DNA from: Vulcanimicrobiota bacterium
GTDB taxonomy: Bacteria > Vulcanimicrobiota > Vulcanimicrobiia > Vulcanimicrobiales > Vulcanimicrobiaceae
DNA: 64,000 bases
Direction: 5' to 3'
Assembly: GCA_963733295.1 (NCBI GenBank)
Contig: CAVTCS010000003.1
Span: 1,152,001-1,216,000 of the forward strand
The notes beneath the pieces are model-generated. The model was given only the letters and a program-made list of their open reading frames with translations, did not search any database and was not told the origin of the DNA. The translations under genes were made by a program, and so were the position numbers. The first letter of the stretch is position 1. Every line of letters starts with the position of its first letter. Below are positions 58,066 to 64,000 of the stretch, one piece after another.

Positions 58066-58091
58066 TTCGATTTGCCGCCGCGAAGCCCCGC
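58066..58091 (-). promoter_or_regulatory. Putative SigH-like promoter GCGGG-N17-CGAA
   Basis: Minus strand reads GCGGG gcttcgcggcggcaaat CGAA, 11 nt before ATG 58054. Confidence 0.4.
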
Positions 58092-58163
58092 ACGGTGGCG
58101 CGCGCTCCAGCATAACGCACGAAACGATTCCGCGACAGGGTCGCAGCCACGGCCATTAGCCCT

Positions 58164-58182
58164 ACGAAGCGGCGCGCTTCGT
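58164..58182 (-). terminator. Short hairpin just after the A2M stop
   Basis: ACGAAGCG-gcg-CGCTTCGT, an 8-bp stem; no U-tract. Confidence 0.3.
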
Positions 58183-58188
58183 CGCGAG

Positions 58189-61100
58189 CTAAGGCGCCGG
58201 CGCAATCGTCATGCGCGATGAAGCCGTCCGCCCGAATTCCTCGGGCGCGTATTGGAGTGAGACGCGCGCGCCGGGCCAGATGAAATCTCCCGGCGTCACC
58301 GAGCGAACGAGGTAGTGGAAAGCATAGACGCCGGCCGGCAGGTGGGCCGCAAACCCGAGCACGTGATCGCGGTAGATCTCCTGGTAGTCGAGTTCCCAAC
58401 TGCTTTGGGCCGCCTCGTAATACTTCGTCGAGATGGCGAAGCTCGAATCGATCGCCTCGAGCCCTCCCGGCAGGGGATCGTCGACGACAACGTTTTCGAG
58501 CGCGTGATCGGTCGTTACGCGATCTTCGATGTCGTAGACCTTGGCCGCCGAGAGCGACGGCGCCGAGGGCGTCGCGAGCCCGAAGGAGGCCAGAACCGGG
58601 GCGCTTCCGGCCGCCCGGACGAAGCGGTCGATGCGGATTCCGTTGTAGATGCCCGGCGTGTCGACCAAGACGCCGTAGCGCAGGCCGACGACGAAATGCA
58701 GCGTGCCTTTACCGCTCTTCGAGAGGCCGACCTCGCTGCTGCCCTTCGGCAAACGTGCCATGGGGATCGACTGCTGAACCGAGGTTTTTCCGTAACCGCG
58801 GAACTGCGCCGAGATCGTCGTTTCGCCCACGCGTGCCAGCGCGTCGAAATCCGGCGGCGACGTTTGGGTGTGCGCGTAGATCAGCAGCGCGTTCATCGCC
58901 TCGGCGTCGTCGCAAAGACACGGCCAGCGCCCGTCGTGCCGCGCGCCCAAGAGCGCGCTCAAGGCGCGATCGACGTCCTCGCCCGGCGAGCCCGATTCGA
59001 CGAGGAGCGAGAGCATTTGGGATTGTCCGGCGACGAAGGTCTCGTCGAAATCGCCGAGTGTATTAACCGTCGCGTTCCGCCCGGTGAACGTCACCTGTTC
59101 GAGCAGCTTGTCGCGCAAGGCCAGCCCTCGCGTCCGCCAATCCGGGAGCGCCAGCAGCAGCCGCGCGAGCTCGATCTGTTCGTAGTAGCTCAGGTCCGCA
59201 CGTTGCGCAAAGATCTCGGGCAGGTAGTCGTCCCGCTTCTCGCCGAGAAAGACCAGCGTCTCGAGAGCCTCAAGCCGCGCTTCGGTTCTGCAGGTGCGAT
59301 CGTTCTTTCCGCAATCCTCGTCCGGATCTGCCAGTCGCGCGGCCAAGAAGCGGCGCACGCGCCGGAGGTCCGGTCCGACGTCGAATCCGGCTCGCTGCGC
59401 TTGGTACAGCTGCGTCGCGATGAAGGCGGTCGAGAAGAGCTCGCTGCTCTGCGCGCCCGGCCACTCGGCGAAACCGTCGTCCGGCAGGCTCAGCGTGCGC
59501 AGCGCGTCGAGATCGTCGTTCGCAATCTTGCGCAAGCCTTTCGCCCGCGCTGAATCGATACCGTAGATCTTTCCGAGTTCGAGCGTATCGGCCGCGATCG
59601 CGATTCGCGAGGCCAGCGCGACGGCAAAGGGCGGACGCTGCTCGTCGAGCACGCGCGACGGCTCGACCGCGTCCGCCAGCAGCGTGCTGGCCAACGTCAC
59701 GTCGAGCCCTCCCATGTTCATGGGAAACTGCGGCACGATGTTGATCGCGACCGTTGCCCGATCGGTCGTCGTCCCGGTTTGAACGGTTGATTCCGTGACC
59801 GCTTCGGTTCCGACCGTTACCGGGACGGCGAACGCGTCAGTGTTTGGGCCGAGCTTCGTGGAGATCGTCGCACGTCCGTCCTGCGGACCCGTGACCAGCA
59901 CGTCGAACCGAAACGCGTTGTTGAGCGCTTCGGTTTGGCCCTTCAGCAGCTTCTGCGTCGAACGTTCGTCGCCGTCGATGAAGACGAGATCTCCCGCCAG
60001 CTTCGCGTCGATCGCGTAGTTGCCGCCTTTGCGGGCGACGTCGGTCACCGCGACGCCGGCCGAGAAGCGGTCGCCGGGCCGCGCAAACTGCGGCAGAATG
60101 GGATTCGTGACGAGCGCCTTCGTGGCGATGAAGGTCGTCTCGGCGTTGCCGAAGCGAGCGTCCTTACTCAGCGCGAGCGCCATGACGTGCCAGCTCGTGA
60201 GATCGTCGGGAACGTTAAAGTTCGCGCCGGCGGTACCGTCGGGTCCCGTTCGAAGAGCGCCGTTCCAGTAGGCCAGCGGCTTGAAGAGCGTGCGGACGCG
60301 CGTGCCGGCGGGCCCCGCCATGCTACCGCCGCCGAACCCAAAGCCCTTATCGACGAAGCGCTTCTCCGTAACGAGGGTCACGTCACGCCGGTTGTCGGCG
60401 AAACTGGTCGATATCGGCTGGCTCGCGTAGACGATCTTGACCAGGTCCGGAAAGCGGTAGCCGCTCAGTTGCAACACTGCGTCGTCGACGACCGCCAGCA
60501 CGACCTCACCCTGCACGGGCTTGCCGGCGGCATCGCGCAGCCGCACGCTGACTCGCTGCGCACCGCCGGGTTCGACCGTAGCCCGCTGCGCGAGGACCTT
60601 GACCTGCAGGTACTTTGCGTCGAGATTGACGTCAAAAGGTTGAAAACCTAGGCTGGCGAGCTTGTCAAGTCCAGCCGGTACGCCTTTTGCAAGCGAGCTG
60701 CCGCGCCGCACGAGTAGCGCCTCCACCGCTGCATTCGGCAGCATCTCGGGCGTTACGGTGAAGCGCACTTGCGGCGCGCTGCCATGGACGCGAATGCTCT
60801 TTTGATAGAGCACGCCATGCCGCACCACTGCAAAGAATAGATCGGCGTCGGCGTAGGGTGACTCGACGAGCGCGGTCGCGACGTCGCCGGGCCGATAGGT
60901 TTGCTTGTCGAGCTTGACCGTGAGATAGCTCTCATCGGACGGCCCCCAGTCGCTGCCACCCGGACCCGTCACCCAGAGCATCGAGTCCGTCGCGGTCACG
61001 TCGTCCTTCGCGCCGTCGAAGTTCGCGCGGATGCGATAGATCCCGGACTTATCCGGCGTCAGCGCAACGCTCTGCGGACTCGTGCCCGAGACGGCATCGG

Positions 61101-63903
61101 CTTGCGCCACGTCGACATAATGTACGGCCTCGTGAGGCGTCTCGCTGCCGGCGACGAGCTGCGTCGCGCTGATCGTCTGACGGCGCTGCAGAACCAAATG
61201 CACGTGCTCGCCGTCGAGCGCCTTCCCTGCCGGATCGCTCACGATCAGCGCGATCTTGTATGGTGTGCCGGCCTGCGCGAGAAAATCACCGCGCAGACCG
61301 ATCAATTTTTCGCTCGGCAGCGCGGTGAACTGTTTGCTCGCCGAAACCGAGAGGTTCGACGCGTCGGTCGTCTCGGCGTCGACCTGGTACATCGTCGCGA
61401 ACGGGAGGTCGTTGCCGGCTTGAACCGCGATGCCGGCTTTCCCAGCGGCGTCGACGGTGACGTCCTTTTGAAGCACGTCACTGGAGAGGGTGGGTTCTTC
61501 TTCGGGATACCACCAGATGCGCCCGAAACTGAATGCGTCCCACCCCTTTGGATTAAAATTCGCGCGGCTGCGAGTCACGTAGAACTTCGTCGTCCCGCCT
61601 TCCACCGGCGCACCGAACAGGTAGGTGCTCGTCGAAGCTGCGTTCACGGTCGCACCGGCAGCAACGGTTTGGGCGTCGAGCTCGAGCGCGACCTTGAAAT
61701 TCGGCGGCTTGAATTGCGCTACTTGAAACGAACCATCGATCTCTTCGCCGTTCGATGCTTTGGCCGTTATTGCATAATAGCCGGTCGCCGCGCGCTTTCC
61801 CACGGTCCATCCAATTGCGAACGCACCGAACGGATCGAGCGCCTTCGAGCCGAGCGCCGTCGTCTTGCCGTTGGGATCGGTTATCGTCACGGCGTACGTG
61901 GCGGCGCCGCCGCGCGCGAGCTTCCCGTTCGTTTCGAAGTACCCGATCGCACTGAACTCGGCGCGCTCGCCGGGTTGATAGAGTTGCCGGTCGCAAACGA
62001 TCGTGCCGCGCGAGTTCGGTGCGCCGGCAGACCAGCCGGTCCCGACGCCCGCGTAGTCGCTCCACTGCCGCGTGCGCACGAATCCCCAATCCTTCCCGTC
62101 GTGAGCGATGACGAGCAGCTCGGGCGGCGCCGACGCGCTCGTCGCGGTGCTCGCACAGCGCGCGAAAGCGGCGCGGTCGAGCCTCAAGGTGCCGTCGGGA
62201 CCTGTGGTTCCCGACGCACACGGCGGCTGCGACGCATCGACGTTCGGCTTTGCGATTCGGTCGAGCAACGATTCGTAGATCTCGACCTTCGCGTCCGGTA
62301 TCGGCGAGCCGTCGGAAAGATGTGCGAGGCGCACCATCCCTCCCTCCGGGAACCACTGCGCGAACGCACCGACGTTGGTGAGTTGCACGAAGCCGAGGAT
62401 CTGCGTGCCCTTCTTTAACTTTCCCCGTTCGATGTGCGAGAGGGCAGTCTGCGCCTCTATCCCGTAGGCGAGCATTCCGGTGGCGCCGCCGAGTTTTTCG
62501 CGCAACGGGATCGGCGTGTCGACGGGCTCGTTCCGGCGCAGAACGGCCTGCTGCATCGGCCAGTGTTCGGGCGGCGGCAAGTGATTCAGCGCCGATTGGT
62601 CGTTTGCAAAGTCGAGGGTCACGAGCATCTTCGGATCGATCGTCCGGAACGCGCTGCGGTAGTGCCGCTCCGGGAGGTTCGTCGTCGTGACGTTGAGCGC
62701 GATGTCGCTGCCGGCGGGGAAAATACTCAAACCTGACGGCGCCCAAAGGTCCGGCAGCAAATCACCCGTGTCGAACGTGCCGCTCTCCGGGTGGTCGAGA
62801 CTTTGGCCGAACACGTCCTTCGCGCCGGCCGCAACGCTCAAGGTGTAGTGCGTGGCCGGCGCCAGCGCATACTCGTTGACTTCGATCGCGAGCTTGTCGT
62901 CACTCAAACGCGCCAGCGGAACGCCGCTCAGCGGCGCGGGCGATACGCTCAGAGCCTTAAGCGCACTGTCCTCATCAAGCGGGTTCGAGAACGTCAACTG
63001 CGGCGGACCGGTGACGAAACGGCCGGTTTCTCCGAGAATCTCGGGGTTGTAGCTGGTGACGGTCTCGAGTGCGAGCGGTCCGTGCGTCCGGAAGTACGCG
63101 GAAAGCGTTTGACTCGAAGGCAGGTTCCCGCGGAGCGGCATCACGCCGGGCGACACCGTCAAGCGGTATTTCGTCTGCAGCGCCAGATCGCTCTTCGGGA
63201 CGAGCTGATACGCGAACGTTTCCTCCGCTTGGGCGGCTCCAGGCGGTTCGAACGATGAGGGCGATGGGCTGGGTGCGGGGGCGATTTCCAACTCGACGGG
63301 CGACTCGCGCGAATCCGCCACCCCGATGCGCGCGTGTGCTAGGAGCGACGCCGTATCGAGTTCGACGTTTGAGTCGATCTCGATCACGGGCCTGGCTTCC
63401 ACCGGCGGCTTCTCGTCCTCCGGCGCCTGAGAGACTCCGGTACCGGAGGCCGATAGCGCGAGCGGCTCCGTCGTAAACGTCCAAGCGTAGTCGGCCGCGA
63501 GCGCGTTGTTCTTGCGATCTTTGAGTCCCGCGGCCAACGTCACTCGGAAGCGCGTCGCTTTCGGCAGCGGAGCGTCGCCGGCGAAACCGACCATTTGCGG
63601 AGTCCAAACCGTGAAACGGCCGGGGAGCTGCGGAGCGAGGCGGAAGTGAGCCACGAGATCGGTGCGATCGGCCGACTCGAGCTGTTCGAGCGGAACGAGA
63701 TTGTTCTCGAAACGCACCAAGATCTGCGCACCGGACTTCGTCTCACCGCGCGGCGAGATCGACGTAATCCAGGCGGGCAGCGGTTGAGCGGTCACGGGCT
63801 CGACGGTAGCGAGCGGTTGAGGCTTTTTTCCCGGCGGGGCGCTGCACGCACTTGCAGAAAGCGCAAGTACCGCACCTAAAACGTACAAAGCCGACGCTCG
63901 CAT
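58189..63903 (-). CDS. Bacterial alpha-2-macroglobulin family lipoprotein, no thioester motif
   Basis: Lipobox ASAC; Ig-like Big_5 repeats; DRQLYQPGE, FKPPNF, DKQTYRPGD, AVVDDAVLQL, VPDDLTSW, LPQFARPGD, DPLPGGLEAID, YAPEEFGRT. Confidence 0.92.
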   Translation of the reverse strand: MRASALYVLGAVLALSASACSAPPGKKPQPLATVEPVTAQPLPAWITSISPRGETKSGAQILVRFENNLVPLEQLESADRTDLVAHFRLAPQLPGRFTVWTPQMVGFAGDAPLPKATRFRVTLAAGLKDRKNNALAADYAWTFTTEPLALSASGTGVSQAPEDEKPPVEARPVIEIDSNVELDTASLLAHARIGVADSRESPVELEIAPAPSPSPSSFEPPGAAQAEETFAYQLVPKSDLALQTKYRLTVSPGVMPLRGNLPSSQTLSAYFRTHGPLALETVTSYNPEILGETGRFVTGPPQLTFSNPLDEDSALKALSVSPAPLSGVPLARLSDDKLAIEVNEYALAPATHYTLSVAAGAKDVFGQSLDHPESGTFDTGDLLPDLWAPSGLSIFPAGSDIALNVTTTNLPERHYRSAFRTIDPKMLVTLDFANDQSALNHLPPPEHWPMQQAVLRRNEPVDTPIPLREKLGGATGMLAYGIEAQTALSHIERGKLKKGTQILGFVQLTNVGAFAQWFPEGGMVRLAHLSDGSPIPDAKVEIYESLLDRIAKPNVDASQPPCASGTTGPDGTLRLDRAAFARCASTATSASAPPELLVIAHDGKDWGFVRTRQWSDYAGVGTGWSAGAPNSRGTIVCDRQLYQPGERAEFSAIGYFETNGKLARGGAATYAVTITDPNGKTTALGSKALDPFGAFAIGWTVGKRAATGYYAITAKASNGEEIDGSFQVAQFKPPNFKVALELDAQTVAAGATVNAASTSTYLFGAPVEGGTTKFYVTRSRANFNPKGWDAFSFGRIWWYPEEEPTLSSDVLQKDVTVDAAGKAGIAVQAGNDLPFATMYQVDAETTDASNLSVSASKQFTALPSEKLIGLRGDFLAQAGTPYKIALIVSDPAGKALDGEHVHLVLQRRQTISATQLVAGSETPHEAVHYVDVAQADAVSGTSPQSVALTPDKSGIYRIRANFDGAKDDVTATDSMLWVTGPGGSDWGPSDESYLTVKLDKQTYRPGDVATALVESPYADADLFFAVVRHGVLYQKSIRVHGSAPQVRFTVTPEMLPNAAVEALLVRRGSSLAKGVPAGLDKLASLGFQPFDVNLDAKYLQVKVLAQRATVEPGGAQRVSVRLRDAAGKPVQGEVVLAVVDDAVLQLSGYRFPDLVKIVYASQPISTSFADNRRDVTLVTEKRFVDKGFGFGGGSMAGPAGTRVRTLFKPLAYWNGALRTGPDGTAGANFNVPDDLTSWHVMALALSKDARFGNAETTFIATKALVTNPILPQFARPGDRFSAGVAVTDVARKGGNYAIDAKLAGDLVFIDGDERSTQKLLKGQTEALNNAFRFDVLVTGPQDGRATISTKLGPNTDAFAVPVTVGTEAVTESTVQTGTTTDRATVAINIVPQFPMNMGGLDVTLASTLLADAVEPSRVLDEQRPPFAVALASRIAIAADTLELGKIYGIDSARAKGLRKIANDDLDALRTLSLPDDGFAEWPGAQSSELFSTAFIATQLYQAQRAGFDVGPDLRRVRRFLAARLADPDEDCGKNDRTCRTEARLEALETLVFLGEKRDDYLPEIFAQRADLSYYEQIELARLLLALPDWRTRGLALRDKLLEQVTFTGRNATVNTLGDFDETFVAGQSQMLSLLVESGSPGEDVDRALSALLGARHDGRWPCLCDDAEAMNALLIYAHTQTSPPDFDALARVGETTISAQFRGYGKTSVQQSIPMARLPKGSSEVGLSKSGKGTLHFVVGLRYGVLVDTPGIYNGIRIDRFVRAAGSAPVLASFGLATPSAPSLSAAKVYDIEDRVTTDHALENVVVDDPLPGGLEAIDSSFAISTKYYEAAQSSWELDYQEIYRDHVLGFAAHLPAGVYAFHYLVRSVTPGDFIWPGARVSLQYAPEEFGRTASSRMTIAPAP

Positions 63904-64000
63904 GACGCCCATCCTTCGAGGCAGACTTCACAACAACGTCAGCCGATACATTGTGACGGCGACGGTCGTTGCGGGCTTGGCCCTGATCGCGTTCCAGCAG
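63902..64000 (+). CDS. Possible 5' end of a divergent membrane-anchored protein (truncated by the window)
   Basis: Open frame MTPILRGRLHNNVSRYIVTATVVAGLALIAFQQ runs to the window edge and includes a hydrophobic stretch. Confidence 0.3.
   Translation, partial: MTPILRGRLHNNVSRYIVTATVVAGLALIAFQQ

Overview
High-GC (roughly 65% by eye), very gene-dense bacterial chromosome segment. No rRNA, tRNA, CRISPR array or transposase is visible. From left to right it carries: an aldehyde/hydroxy-acid/sugar-acid catabolic patch (mmsA-like, glcD-like, MFS, epimerase, split UxaA); ilvD-thrC-thrB-mdh, citrate synthase and an Ldh_2 oxidoreductase; a small accessory patch around a XerC/D-like tyrosine recombinase with a 20-bp inverted repeat in front of it; a hopanoid cluster (hpnP C-2 methylase, one-step squalene synthase, short RND permease, hpnA, hpnH, hpnG, hpnB, shc, LOG); a long minus-strand operon (gmk-rpoZ-glmS-rph-orf-mlaE-mlaF-mlaD-rhomboid-panE-small ORF); rqcH, MATE, crp, recQ; a form I aerobic CO dehydrogenase operon (coxMSL-G-F/YHS-D-E) with divergent mocA-gntR-xdhC genes; two secreted Ig-like proteins; and an alpha-2-macroglobulin lipoprotein with no thioester motif. 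The gene mix (diderm Mla system, RqcH, cyanobacteria-like hopanoid and A2M genes, form I CODH) suggests a diderm Terrabacteria soil lineage such as Eremiobacterota/Vulcanimicrobiota, but this is inference only. The main signals read directly from the DNA are: (1) a recurring AGG-N17/18-YGAA promoter motif with SigH (Spo0H)-like spacing in front of at least seven genes, including the cox operon; (2) the inverted repeat that brackets the recombinase's own promoter; (3) three hopanoid-cluster genes whose conserved N-termini need non-canonical start codons that overlap the upstream stop; (4) a 1-bp frameshift in a CoxF-YHS fusion. All family calls come from motif recognition, not database searches.
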